Positions 23,300-36,496 of a DNA stretch of 64,000 bases are shown one piece after another (position 1 is the stretch's first letter; each line of letters opens with the position of its first letter). A model generated the notes under the pieces. It was not told where the DNA came from and ran no database searches. It worked only from the letters and a program-made list of their open reading frames with translations. Both the position numbers and the translations under genes were made by a program. This DNA comes from Macrostomum lignano (lineage: Eukaryota), in NCBI GenBank assembly GCA_002269645.1, contig NIVC01001872.1:4823-68822 (forward strand), in the 5' to 3' direction.

Positions 23300-23420
23300 T
23301 GTGCTGCTTTTGCATGCCATTGTGCTGCTTTTGCACGCCATTGTGCTGCTTTTGCATGCCATTGTGCTGCTTTTGCATGTTATATTGTTATTGTGCTGCT
23401 TTTGCATGTTATTGTGCTGC
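23300..23420. repeat. 21-bp repeat (GCTGCTTTTGCATGCCATTGT)n
   Basis: About 5 units. Confidence 0.8.
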
Positions 23421-23929
23421 ACCTTTTGTACGTCTTGTTCAGCTTGAACAATGAGTGACTTTTATAAGCAAATATACCTGACACTGCACCAATTTACATT
23501 TATCAACATGGTTACATATGTTCATTCAATTGTTTCTTTGATAGCAGCGTTTAAGCTACAAAGGAATTTGAAATGCTTCAAACCGAATGCATTACAAACT
23601 GAAATGCTTCCAATATCCACCTGCAGTTTATAACCTCTAAAATTCTGAAAAAATACGGTATCAATACCGTCCACTATGTACTCGTTAAATTTGACTGCGC
23701 AATCAGAGCTCAATTGGATTCAGGGCTGCTCAATGTACTACTAATTCAAGTAGCCACACCCTGGCATTGCAGCAGTTCTGCTTAGCACAGGCGGCCGCAA
23801 TCTGAGCAGGCAGGGTGAGAAGGTATTCGCTGCAGCTGCTCCAGGGCCAATAAAATCTGCTGCACAGGCGGCCGCTGCCCTGCCGGACTCTCGGGCTGAG
23901 CTGAGACACCTGCGACTGAGCTTGCAGTT

Positions 23930-26900
23930 ATGGCACAGCCAACGCCATTTCCTGACAAAAAAATAAGTAAAGTTCAAGTGAGGAAACCGAAAGCATAACA
24001 ATATTTGTAAGCTTGATTGCAGTTGCAGGAACTCACTCACATGTTTGAATGTGCAGCTTGGGTGTCTCAATTGCAGTTACAGGAACTCACTCACATATTT
24101 GAATGTGCAGCTTGGGTGCCTCAATTGCAGTTGCAGGAACTCACTCACATGTTTGAATGTGCAGCTTGGGTGCCTCAATTGCAGTTGCAGGAACTCACTC
24201 ACATGTTTGAATGTGCAGCTTGGGTGTCTCAATTGCAGTTGCAGGAACTCACTCACATGTTTGAATGTGCAGCTTGGGTGCCTCGATTGCAGTGGCAGGA
24301 ACTCACTCATATGTTTGAATGTGCAGCTTGGGTGCCTCAATTGCAGTTGCAGGAACTCACTCACATGTTTGAATGTGCAGCTTGGGTGCCTCAATTGCAG
24401 TTGCAGGAACTCACTCACATGTTTGAATGTGCAGCTTGGGTGCCTCAATTGCAGTTGCAGGAACTCACTCACATGTTTGAATGTGCAGCTTGGGTGCCTC
24501 AATTGCAGTTGCAGGAACTCACTCACATGTTTGAATGTGCAGCTTGGGTGCCTCAATTGCAGTGGCAGGAACTCACTCACATGTTTGAATGTGCAGCTTG
24601 GTTGCCTCAATTGCAGTTGCAGGAACTCACTCACATGTTTGAATGTGCAGCTTGGGTGCCTCAATTGCAGTTGCAGGAACTCACTCACATGTTTGAATGT
24701 GCAGCTTGGGTGTCTCAATTGCAGTTGCAGGAACTCACTCACATGTTTGAATGTGCAGCTTGGGTGCCTCGATTGCAGTGGCAGGAACTCACTCATATGT
24801 TTGAATGTGCAGCTTGGGTGCCTCAATTGCAGTTGCAGGAACTCACTCACATGTTTGAATGTGCAGCTTGGGTGCCTCAATTGCAGTTGCAGGAACTCAC
24901 TCACATGTTTGAATGTGCAGCTTGGGTGCCTCAATTGCAGTTGCAGGAACTCACTCACATGTTTGAATGTGCAGCTTGGGTGCCTCAATTGCAGTTGCAG
25001 GAACTCACTCACATGTTTGAATGTGCAGCTTGGGTGCCTCAATTGCAGTGGCAGGAACTCACTCACATGTTTGAATGTGCAGCTTGGTTGCCTCAATTGC
25101 AGTTGCAGGAACTCACTCACATGTTTGAATGTGCAGCTTGGGTGCCTCAATTGCAGTTGCAGGAACTCACTCACATGTTTGAATGTGCAGCTTGGGTGTC
25201 TCAATTGCAGTTGCAGGAACTCACTCACATGTTTGAATGTGCAGCTTGGTTGCCTCAATTGCAGTTGCAGGAACTCACTCACATGTTTGAATGTGCAGCT
25301 TGGGTGCCTCTATTGCAGTTGCAGGAACTCACTCACATGTTTGAATGTGCAGCTTGGTTGCCTCAATTGCAGTTTCAGGAACTCACTCACATGTTTGAAT
25401 GTGCAGCTTGGTTGCCTCAATTGCAGTTTCAGGAACTCACTCACATGTTTGAATGTGCAGCTTGGTTGCCTCAATTGCAGTGGCAGGAACTCACATGTTT
25501 GAATGTGCAGCTTGGGTGCCTCAATTGCAGTTGCAGGAACTCACTCACATGTTTGAATGTGCAGCTTGGGTGCCTCAATTGCAGTTGCAGGAACTCACTC
25601 ACATGTTTGAATGTGCAGCTTGGGTGCCTCAATTGCAGTGGCAGGAACTCACTCACATGTTTGAATGTGCAGCTTGGGTGCCTCAATTGCAGTTGCAGGA
25701 ACTCACTCACATGTTTGAATGTGCAGCTTGGGTGCCTCAATTGCAGTTGCAGGAACTCACTCACATGTTTGAATGTGCAGCTTGGGTGCCTCAATTGCAG
25801 TTGCAGGAACTCACTCAGCCGGACCCCAAAAACCGGGCAAGCGTCGGAGACTCACCAGCCGATCTCCGGAATCTCGCCCACGATGTCATCCGAGGTGACT
25901 TCGGCCAAGTGCGGCGGCTGGCAACGCGCCAACTGGTCACCAGCGCTGATGTAGCTCGTCGAACCGTCCTCATGCTGGTGGCCGACGCTCCTGAGACTCC
26001 CGTGCACACTGAAAAGTGCATCTTGTACTTATTTGAGGTGGGCGCAAACCCCAAGGCGGCTGACGCAAACGGCGACACGGCTGCGCACCTGGCAGCCCGG
26101 CGGGACCACCTGCGGCTGCTGGCGCTGCTGTCGTTCGATGCAAAGTGGCTGCGGAACGACAACGGCGCCACTCCGCTGATGGAGGCGGCGCGGACTGGAA
26201 GCTGGAAATGCGCCAAGCACCTGCTGCACCTGCTCAGGCAGCGAAGGTTCAATGAGTGCGAGAAGCACGGAAACTCGAAGAGGTCGCGGCTGCTCGGACT
26301 GGAGGATCGCGAGGGTCGAACGGCGTCGGACCTGGCGAGGCTCAGCGGCCACTCAGAGCTGGCCAGCTACATCGAGCGGTGAGTGAGCAGATCGCTGCTG
26401 TGTCCATCAAGTTTTGCAGCATTCGGCTGGGGTGGCCAGAGCTGCAGTCTCAGGCCAGCCAATCAGAGCCAGTCAGCTAAGCTTGTCTCTGGCTTAGTGC
26501 ATGTGAAAAATTTAAGAGTGGTGATTAGTCACTCAAAAACTCTCACTTCTAGACACTGGGGACCAAGTATATCCTCGGGTCAAATATCTCTGACGGTAGC
26601 GGCTCCTCGTAGGCTTCGAGGTTTGGCTTCGGTGAATCGCTACTTCCGCGAGTCCTTGACTTTATCTGTGGGTCGACCGAAAGCGAGAGCGAATCAGAAT
26701 TCTTGACGGTGTCCTCGAGCTCGAGGTGCAGTCTCAGGCCAGCCAATCAGAGCCAGTCAGCTGAGCTTGTCTCTGTCTGACTGTTTGATGGGCGAGAGCC
26801 GTGATTGGCTGGCTGCCTCCCAGCCAATGGGGTGACGGTTGATCTCAGTCGAAAATGGAAGCTGTAGGGCCTCGGTGTGTAGTGAGTGTGTGTGGGTTGA

Positions 26901-29900
26901 GCTGCAGATGGAGAACTGGGAGGCTGTGCGTGAGTGCTTTGTGTGACATTGTGAGATGGAAGGAAACTCATGCTGCAGAAATGGAAAATGAGCTGCGTGT
27001 GAGAAGTCGGATGCGCTATCGCCGATGCTGATTGTTGCAGAGCTGCTGCAGTCCTCTTGGAAACTCCATCTGCCAGCAGCACAGATATTTAAGAAATTTC
27101 TTTTTACTAAATTTTTCATGAAAATTAAATCCTACAACTTAAGATTATTATTTAGCGATTGAGGTTGTAGAATTTGAGAAAATGTCAAATTCGCAGCTCA
27201 TTTTTGCTGTTGCAGGGAGATGCGGCTGGTTGTGAATGCACATGGCGAGATCTCCGGCTTGACAGCCCAGGTGAGCGGTGCCGATGCGGCTGCAGCTGAG
27301 CAGCTGTGCTCAAATTTCCCGCTCGCCTTTGCAGGAGGAGCGGGATCGACTGGAACTGCAGCGGCTGGCCAAGTCGGGCGACTCGGCAGGGCTGCGGCGA
27401 GCGGCGACCCGCGGCAATTGCGACCTGCCTTACAGTTTGGGTGTCACCGCGTTGATGTTGGCAGCTGGAAACAGATCGTGCGGTGATGAGGCTCTGTGGG
27501 AGCAGCTGGTGCAGCTGGGTGACCCCACCTGTGCGAATATATGGGGTATCAGTTACCTGCAGTGGGCAGCCAGGGCTGGCAATTCTGCCGCAGCCTCCGC
27601 TCTGCTGTCTGCCGGAGCCTCCGCCAATGCCAGGGGTCTGTGTGAATTCACGCCCCTCATGCATGCAGCCTTTGCGCCCCCCGCCACCGCCGCCGCAGTC
27701 GGTCGGGTTCTGCTGGACTCAGGGGCGGATTGGAGCCTGAAGGACAAATTCAGCAAGACTGCGCTGCGTTTGGCCACAGAGAAGAGGAGCGAACTGGCTG
27801 AGCTGCTGCGTGGGTGAGTTTCCATGGCGACTGAGAATGTCAGTTTATTTAAGATTAATTAGAGCAACTAATTAAAATACATATTACGAGCGACAAAAAT
27901 TTTATAATTAATTGTTTAAGTAAGGATTACGTTAACTTTTAATAGTAAACTATTTTTTATAGAAGACCTAAGTTCTAAAATAATACAGTTTACATGTTTC
28001 AGATTTGAAGGAGACAGCTACTTCCAGGATCCTCTGTGAGTTTGCTACAGCACACACAGCTACAGCACACACAGCTACAGCACACACAGCTACAGCACAC
28101 ACAGCTACAACACACAGCTACAGCACACAGCTACAGCACACAGCTACAGCACACAGCTACAGCACACACAGCTACAGCACACAGCTACAGCACACACAGC
28201 TACAGCACACACAGCTACAGCACACAACTACAGCACACACAGCTACAGCACACACAGCTACAGCACACACAACTACAGCATACACAGCTACAGCATACAC
28301 AGCTACAGCACACACAGCTACAGCACACACAGCTACAGGACACACAGCTACAGCACACAGCTACAGGACACACAGCTACAGCACACAGCTACAGCACACA
28401 GCTACAGCACACAGCTAAAGCACACAGCTACAGCACACAGCTACAGCACACAGCTACAGCACACAGCTACAGCACACAGCTACAGCACACAGCTACAGCA
28501 CACACAGCTACAGCACACAGCTACAGCACATACAGCTACAGCACACAGCTACAGCACATACAGCTACAGCACACACAGCTACAGCACACAGCTACAGCAC
28601 ACAGCTACAGCACACACAGCTACAGCACACAGCTACAGCACACAGCTACAGCACACACAGCTACAGCACACAGCTACAGCACACACAGCTACAGCACACA
28701 GCTACAGCACATACAGCTACAGCACACACAGCTACAGCACACAGCTACAGCACACACAGCTACAGCACACACAGCTACAGCACACAGCTACAGCACACAC
28801 AGCTATAGCACACACAGAGCTACAGCACACAGCTACAGCACACACAGCTACAGCTACTTTCTAAACGTATCGGTTAGTCTCCAGACTCTCGTCCACGACG
28901 TCATCCGAGGTGACTTCGGCAAGGTGCAACGGCTGGCAACGAGCCAGCTGGTCACCAGCGCTGATGCAGCTCGTCGAACCGTCCTCATGCTGGCGGCCGA
29001 CGCTCCTGAGACTCCCGTGCACACTGAAAAGTGCATCTTGTACTTATTTGAGCTGGGCGCGAACCCCAAGGCGGCTGACGCGAACGGCGACACGGCTGCG
29101 CACCTGGCAGCCCGGCGGGACCACCTGCGGCTGCTGACACTGCTGTCGTTCGATGCGAAGTGGCTGCGGAACAAAAACGGCGCCACTCCGCTGATGGAGG
29201 CGGCGCGGACTGGAAGCTGGAAATGCGCCAAGCACCTGCTGCACCTGCTCAGGCAAGCAATGTTCAATGAGTGCAGACAGCACGGAAACTCGAAGAGGTC
29301 GCGGCTGCTCAAAAAGAAAGATCTCGAGGGTCGGACGGCGTCGGACCTGGCGAGGCTCAGCGGCCACTCAGAGCTGGCCAGCTACATCGAGCGGTGAGTG
29401 AGCAGTTCGCTGCTGTGTCCATCAAGTTTTGCAACATTCGGCTGGGGTGGCCAGAGCTGCAGTCTCAGGCCAGCCAATCAGAGCCAGTCAGCTGAGCTTG
29501 TCTCTGTCTGACTGTTTAATGGGCGAGAGCTGTGATTGGCTGGCTGCCTCCCAGCCAATGGGGTGACGGTTGATCTCAGTCGAGAATGGAAGCTGTAGGG
29601 CCTCGGTGTGCAATGAGAGTGTGTGGGTTGAGCTGCAGATGGAGAACTGGGAGGCTGTGCGTGAGTGCTTTGTGAGACATTGTTAGATGGAAGGAAACTC
29701 ATGCTGCAGAAATGGAAAATGAGCTGCGTGTGAGAAGTCGGATGCGCTCTCGCCAATGCTGATTGTTGCAGAGCTGCTGCAGTCCTCTCGGAAACTCCAT
29801 CTGCGAGCAGCTCAGAGAATTAAGAATTTCTGTTCACTAAATTTATCATGCAAACTTTATCGTACAACTGGGAATTTAATTTTAGCGATCGTAGTTGTCG

Positions 29901-32377
29901 GACTCGAGAAAATGTCAAATTCGCAGCTCATTTTTGCTGTTGCAGAGATATGCGGCTGGTTGTGGATGCAGATGGCAAGATCTCCGGCCAGACAGCCCAG
30001 GTGAGCGGCATCTGCGGTGCCGATGCGGCTGCAGCTGAGCAGCTGTGCTCAAATTTCTCGCTTGCCTTTGCAGGAGGAGGCGGATCGACTGGAACTGAGG
30101 CGGCTGGCCAAGGTGGGCGACTCGGCGGGGCTGCGGCGAGCGGCGACCCGCGGCAGCTGCGACCTGACTGACAATGATGGTTGCACCGCGTTGATGTGGG
30201 CTGCTGAGAACAGCTCGTGCGGTGATGAAGCTCTGTGGGAGCAGCTGGTGCAGCTGGGTGACCCCACCTGTGCGGATGTAGATGCTGACAGTTGCCTGCT
30301 CCGGGCAGCCAGGGCTGGCAATTCTGCTGCAGCCTCCGCTCTGCTGGCTGCCGGAGCCTCCGCCAATGCCACGAGTATGTGGGAATTCACGCTTCTCATG
30401 TCGGCAGCCATCTGTGCGCGCCCCTCCGCCGCCGCCGCAGTCGGCCGGGTTCTGCTGGACTCAGGGGCGGATTGGAGCCTGAAGGACAGAGACGGCAGGA
30501 CTGCGCTGGATTTGGCCACACAGAATGGAAAGAGCGAACTGGCTGAGCTGCTGCGTGGGTGAGTTTCCATGGCGACTGAGAATGTCTCTCTGACTTTGAT
30601 TTATCATTGATAAACATTATGCTGTAATTTATGATTGAATATTGAGCAGCTGACTGCAGTTGCTCTGAGTGGGCATTTTTACATTTTTGTAGTTTAAATG
30701 GGCAGCAGGGACTGACTGAGCTGCATTGAGGGAGTTTGCAGTGCAGTTTGACTGCAGATTGCCAGTTGAATATTAATGTGAGCTGTGAGACAATACACTT
30801 GTTTGAGTAAATTTGGGTAAATTTTTTGAAGCTTTTTGTATTCTACATGGCTCTCAACTGAATTCCCTCTGACTTCAGATTCCGCACTTCCTATTTAGGT
30901 ACGACGGCAAGATTTACTTCTACGAGCCTCTGGCACTGCCGTGAGTTCCTACAGCACACAAAATAATTACTCTACTGTTAAAACGACTACAGCAGACAGC
31001 TACAGCATACAGCTACAGCACACAGCTACAGCACACAGCTACAGCACACAGCTACAGTACACAGCTACAGCACACACAGCTACAGCACACACAGCTACAG
31101 CACACACAGCTACAGCATACAGCTACAGCATACAGCTACAGCACACACAGTTACAGCACACACAGCTACAGCACACAGCTACAGCACACAGCTACAGCAC
31201 ACAGCTACAGCACACAGCTACAGCACACAGCTACAGCACACAGCTACAGCACACAGCTACAGCAAACAGCTACAGCACACAGCTACAGCACACAGCTACA
31301 GCACACACAGCTACAGCACACACAGCTACAGCACACAGCTACAGCACACAGCTACAGCATGCAAATTATCCCTGATTGCCTGAATCCGCATCCCCTCAGA
31401 CCCGAAGGTCCCCCGTTCCTGAAGCGCTGGGATGCCCTTCGCCTCATCGGCCGCGGAGGCTTCGGTGAAGTCCACGAAGTTCGAACTGACACGGGCGTCA
31501 CGTGCGCTGCCAAGACTCTCAGACTGCCTGTGCAGCTCGGTGATGAGCTGCCCTCTGTGAGCACAGAGATTCACAGAGCTGTCGAGAGCGAGAACCTGTG
31601 CCGACTGCGGCATCCCAACATCGTCAGGTTCTTGCACATCGCTCAGCCGGAGCCCGCCACAGTCGTTGTGTTCATGGAGCTGCTGGACGGCCGGAGCTTG
31701 GAGAGGTTTATCGACAACCAGCCGCTGGACGAGCTGACGATTCGAGACTTCAGCGAGCAGGTGAGCATTGTGCATCCTTGATGCTCCTGCTCCATGTTCC
31801 CATGAATGATGACTGCTCACTGACCGACCGACCGCAGATCTGCCGCGCGCTGCTCTACCTGCACAGCCGGCAGCCGCCCGTGATCCACAGAGACATCAAC
31901 TGCTCGAACATAATTGTTTGTGCTGACAACACGCGAATCAAGCTGATCGACTTCGGCCTGTCAATCAAGCTGGAGCAGTCAGTCAGCCACATCTCAGCCT
32001 CCCCTCAGTCATTGCCCAAAGGCACTCTGAACTTCATGGCGCCAGAGCTGCTCGGAGCGGGAGAGTCAGACAGCGTGCAGTACAGCAGAGAGTCGGACAT
32101 CTGGGCGTTCGGCTGCTCGGTCTTCCAGATGGCGTCCGGCGCGAGGCCGTTCGCGAACGCCAAAAGCCTGTTAGAAATGGCCCAGCTAATCGACAGGAAG
32201 GGCGCCCCCGCCCTGCCGGACGGCCGGTCCGCAGAGCTGAGGGATTTCTACAGCCGCTGCACCGCCAAGGACCGCAGGAGGAGAAGACCCGCGCAGGAGC
32301 TGCTGGAGCACGAGTTCCTGACGGGCAGGAAGCTGCAGCCTGGATTCTTCAGCTCGTTTTTTAGTACAAGGAAATGA
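23930..32377 (+). CDS. Ankyrin-repeat / MAP3K-like Ser/Thr kinase gene; exons 23930-23977, 25807-26378, 27216-27270, 27335-27813, 28003-28035, 28854-29393, 29946-30000, 30074-30558, 30899-30940, 31358-31760, 31838-32377; about 1083 aa
   Basis: All ten junctions are GT-AG and phase-consistent (sum 3252 nt). Ankyrin motifs GDTAAHLAA, GATPLMEAA, GRTASDLA, TALMWAA, GADWSLKD. Kinase motifs GRGGFGEV, CAAK, HPNIVRF, HRDINCSN, DFG, GTLNFMAPE, SDIWAFGC. Exon 1 is tentative, and the model could in reality be two genes. Confidence 0.75.
24015..25818. repeat. 54-bp minisatellite (about 33 units) duplicating the intron/exon junction of ankyrin exon A
   Basis: Period 54 (24121 vs 24661 = 10 units). The unit contains TTGCAG|GAACTCACTCA, the same as the acceptor at 25806. 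One unit near 25490 has a 4-nt deletion. Confidence 0.95.
28045..28853. repeat. (CACAGCTACAG/CACACAGCTACAG)n array in the intron after the linker exon
   Basis: Mixed 11/13-bp units; homologous arrays at 30985-31357 and 51305-52250. Confidence 0.95.
30985..31357. repeat. (CACAGCTACAG)n array, second copy
   Basis: Same units; ends in the acceptor of the first kinase exon. Confidence 0.95.
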
Positions 32378-33419
32378 CAGAAGCTGAGCTGGTTGATGGC
32401 TCGCCTTCATTCAGATCGAGCAGCCGTTTCAGTCTTAGCAAACTTTTCTGCTAATGCCATGTTTAGCCTAGACTGCTTTCACCTGCTAAACTTGTATTCT
32501 ATACTGATTGTAAGCCATTTTCTGTTAGTTTCATTCATTAGTTTAAATAAAAAATTGTAACTACCTTAAAAATTGTAATTGTAACCTTAGCTACTCAATT
32601 GCCGTTAACTTTAGTTCTGTAACTTTCCTGTTTCTGTAATGAAAATCTAGTAATCTAATTATGAGCTAAGGTACTTGAGCTTGCATGCATAAGCTATGAG
32701 CCATAGGAAAATGCTCATAGGATTTGGAATGGGAATTTGGCAAGGTCACCTGGCCGTGTCACCCTGGTCGTGTCACTTGGCCGAGGCTGGACGGCAACGA
32801 GAGGACTCAATGTGAGCCTGGAGCGGGGGGACCAAAGTTATGAAGTAGGCTCCAACGTTGCTGTCGCTAGCCTCTGTCTAAGGCAGATCAGCAGATCAGA
32901 CCAGGACAACACGACCAGTTCAGCAGGAGAACGGAAGTTCATTGTGCTGCCACGCCTAATGGTATGCACAAGTGAGATTAGGAAAAGTCCAGCCTGCTGA
33001 AGTTGGCTTGCACTAAGAGCGTCAGGCTCCCACGAAAACTGCTGACATCAGCGCCCAAGATCTGCGACAGCGGTACTGCTGCGACACTGGTGGAGCTGCC
33101 GAATGCCGCACTACGGCCGGGTCTGATCTAGCCGTGTTCACATGGAACTGGCATGCAGGCGTTCAATGTTTTTCACTCAAGTAGTTGCTATTGCGTAGTT
33201 CTCTAACCCTCTTGCTATTGTGCAGCAGCGAGCTACAGCATCCCCGCAGCCACCCCAGCATCGTGGGATTCTTTCCGTTGTCAGCGGTGCTTGTAGTTTC
33301 CGTTTTAGCTGTTCGAGAACGCCAGGTAAATTTTACGTGAATTTAAGTTTTGTGAAAAAGCTAAAGGGAGGGACTTCCTAGAACTACAGGACTGAAGGCG
33401 AGCCAGAGAAAAGCTGTGG

Positions 33420-34600
33420 AGTCCTTCTTGACAATCAACACGCAGCGAGGCCTGTACCAGCTCATTTAAGGCCGCAAGGACGATTGTAGGGCTCCTCGGC
33501 GAAGACAAGGCAATTCCGGAGCACACGACTGCCGAGTCAGTTTGAACAGAAGCCGTCCGTCAACGCCCTGCTGCTGGATGCTGGTGCTGGAGACCGGGTC
33601 CGCAATATCGGCCAGGTCGGTCACGTGTAAGACCTCGCTCGGCGCCCTTCTCGACCAAGGTGCTTTGCTGTCTGCGGACCGGAGCGCTAATGGTTGGCGC
33701 TGACCTGATCGACAGGCAGGTTCAGCTGAGCGTTCGAGCAGGGCTGCGTGCTGTGGGGCGCCTACGGTTCTGCGACAAGGCGTGCTGAAGGAGCTGCACC
33801 AGGCTCGCTGGCCCAGAGCTACGCCTGGTGGCCCGGCCTGGACGAGCAGCTCGCAGCGACAGTCAAGTCGTGCCGGACATGCACGCTGAACCAGACCGAC
33901 CTGCCCAAAGTGCCGAAGCAACCGTGGCCGTTTCCTGCTGAACCCTCGACGAGGCTGCACCTGGACTTCGCAGGCCCCGTGACAGTTGCACATACCAGGT
34001 CATCGTACGTGGAAGCCTTCAGCGAGTGGCCAGAAAAGCAGCAGGTTCGCAGCAATACGTCTGCGGTCATCATCGAGCGACTCTGCGAGGTATTTTCCAT
34101 GAGTCGCAGTCTTCCTCGCTTATCTCCTCGCAGTTCAGCAAGGCGCAACGGCATCCGCTACATTCTCTCACCCCGTTCCACCCGGCAACGAGCGACAGAG
34201 CCGCTCTTTAAGAGCGGGCACTCAACGGCCGCACTGCAGCGGGTGCTGATGCCCTACCGCAACACGCCGCAATCGATCACCGGCGAGGCTCCCCAGATAG
34301 CTCCTCATCGGCCGCAGACTAGCTGCGAAGCTGGCTGGACCTGCTGATGCCATCGCTGACGAGCAGCATGCGGCAGCGGCAAGAGCGGCAGGTGAAGCAG
34401 CAGCTGCATGCGCGCGAGCTCCAAGTCAGCGACCGAGTTCTGCTGCGCCACTTCAGCTTCAACGCCAGGACTGGCGGCGGCACCCGATGGGCGGATGGGA
34501 CTGGCGTGTCCGCTGGCTTCAGCAATTGCGACGTTTTTGTCAGCGCCATGTGCGGCACACTGACCAGCTGCTGACGAGCTCGCTGCCGGAGGCCGGGGTT
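33420..34600 (+). mobile_element. Ty3/gypsy pol relic (RT fragment and integrase)
   Basis: LTINTQRGLYQ, YAWWPGLDEQLAATVKSCRTC, RLHLDFAGP, YRNTPQSITGEAP; frameshifts and deletions. Confidence 0.85.
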
Positions 34601-35124
34601 TTTGATGAGCCGCTTACCGAGCAAGGCAAAGGCGACGGCGGAAATGACGAGCCGCAGGATGACGCATTGTTATAATTACTCATGTCATTGGGTTCGTTGT
34701 TATTTCAATCATTCTTTGTTCTTGAGTTTTTTAGTTCAAGTGCACCTCATCAGATGCATTTTTGTTCGGACGAAGAGCCAGAGGCTGAAACCGGTTGCCA
34801 ACTGAATACCAGCTGTGACTCCCCCTGTGATACCCTGTTGGCTGATGCGGCACCCACCCTTAGTTTCTTTATCTACTTCGTATTTAATTATACCGAGTCA
34901 GTAAATGAAATTTGAGTAAGAATAACGAAAAATTACAACTGCAGTACTCGTCTCCAAGCCACAAGCCACATTAATTTCACACCTGGAACCACCTGGACCG
35001 GAATCAAGCCGAAAATAACTCATGGATTTCTAAAACCTTCTGGACTGGAAGCGAGCCGGGTCAAAACCAAATTATAAGAACCAAAACATAAATTTAATAT
35101 CACAAATTTCAGAATTTCAGAATG

Positions 35125-35535
35125 GAACCGGACACAAACAAATAGGTAGAGCCGGACACAAACAAATAGGTAGAGCCGGACACAAACAAATAGGTAGAGC
35201 CGGACACAAACAAGTAGGTAGAGCCGGACACAAACAAATAGGTAGAGCCGGACACAAACAAGTAGGTAGAGCCGGACACAAACAAGTAGGTAGAGCCGGA
35301 CACAAACAAATAGGTAGAGCCGGACACAAACAAATAGGTAGAGCCGGACACAAACAAATAGGTAGAGCCGGACACAAACAAATAGGTAGAGCCGGACACA
35401 AACAAATAGGTAGAGCCGGACACAAACAAATAGGTAGAGCCGGACACAAACAAATAGGTAGAGCCGGACACAAACAAATAGGTAGAGCCGGACACAAACA
35501 AATAGGTAGAGCCGGACACAAACAAATAGGTAGAG
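35125..35535. repeat. 24-bp minisatellite (GTAGAGCCGGACACAAACAAATAG)n
   Basis: About 17 units. Confidence 0.95.
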
Positions 35536-36020
35536 CCGGACACAGCGGGCCTGTTCATGATGCTTTTTTATACCCCAAGCATGGAGCCTCCATAACGTGG
35601 CTACAGAATCCTCCTCATCTTTCATTATCCCATTAATTTCATCTGCACGAGCGTATTATCCCTAATGAAATGGTAAACTTTCAACATACCACTTCTACTC
35701 GCTACCATGATAATCCCTTTATTATTCATTTTCAAAAGCCATAATTCAAACCTCATTCAATTTGCTGCCCAAAACCAGATCTCAAAAACTTTCAACAATT
35801 ATCGCAGGTTCCTCACCATCTTGAAATAATAATTTACATTAAAATTTTCTCAGTTGCGTCACCAGGTTCCTACTACGCCCAACCGAACCCATTGCACAAA
35901 CCCAAATACAAGTTCGGACCCCAGATAGAAATTAACGAATATTGATCAGGCACTCAATGCTGTGTCAACAGCATGAAGCAATAATTTATGAATGTCAGTT
36001 ACTTTAATAACCTATAACCT

Positions 36021-36082
36021 AAGGACCGCAAAAGCAGAAAGTCCGCACTGGAGCTGATGGGGCACGAGTTCCTCATCGTCAG
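36021..36082 (+). pseudogene. Isolated C-terminal remnant of a further kinase domain with a splice donor
   Basis: KDRKSRKSALELMGHEFLIV then AG|GTAC; homologous to KDRRRRRPAQELLEHEFLTG of kinase 1. Confidence 0.7.
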
Positions 36083-36496
36083 GTACAAATGTACAGTAAT
36101 TCGGCTAGCCTTAGACACCTGTGCGATATGATGCTCATGCAGAGGTGAGACCAGTGTTGCACTTTTCCATCAGTTGTCAAGCAGCTCACTGTGCTCACGC
36201 TGAAGATGCGCCGCCTACTTTGAGCAGTGAGCACTGAGGCCTCAGCTAGGAGCTCAGAAAAAACTTGTGCTCAATTTGCTTCGATATAGCAAAAGTCCTT
36301 CTCAGACTCAGAAACAGTTCGACGGAGTTGCTGCAAATTTTTGGCAGCTAAGTTTTACTGAATATGACATCCAACAAATTCTTTAAACTGCTGTGACTCC
36401 CGTGCATCTCCACATTTTTGCCTTTTTGTCAAGAAATTCAAAAATTCTGATCAGCAGCTCAACTTTTCCTGACTTGCTTTCCAATTTTCCTAACAG

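Noticed and set aside
24017-25954. 645-aa repeat protein as a standalone gene
   Set aside because: It starts at a non-ATG codon inside the array and shifts out of the ankyrin frame at the 4-nt deletion; treated as intronic array.
32730-33300. Possible LTR, with weak similarity to about 39630-39700
   Set aside because: Only a short match (GTCAC.TG.CCGAGGC.GG); no TG...CA termini or TSD established.
34690-35625. Possible minus-strand exons (MKDEEDSVATLWRLHAWGIKKHHEQ; GITGGVTAGIQLATGFSLWLFVR)
   Set aside because: Protein-like, but no family was recognised and no consistent splice model was found.
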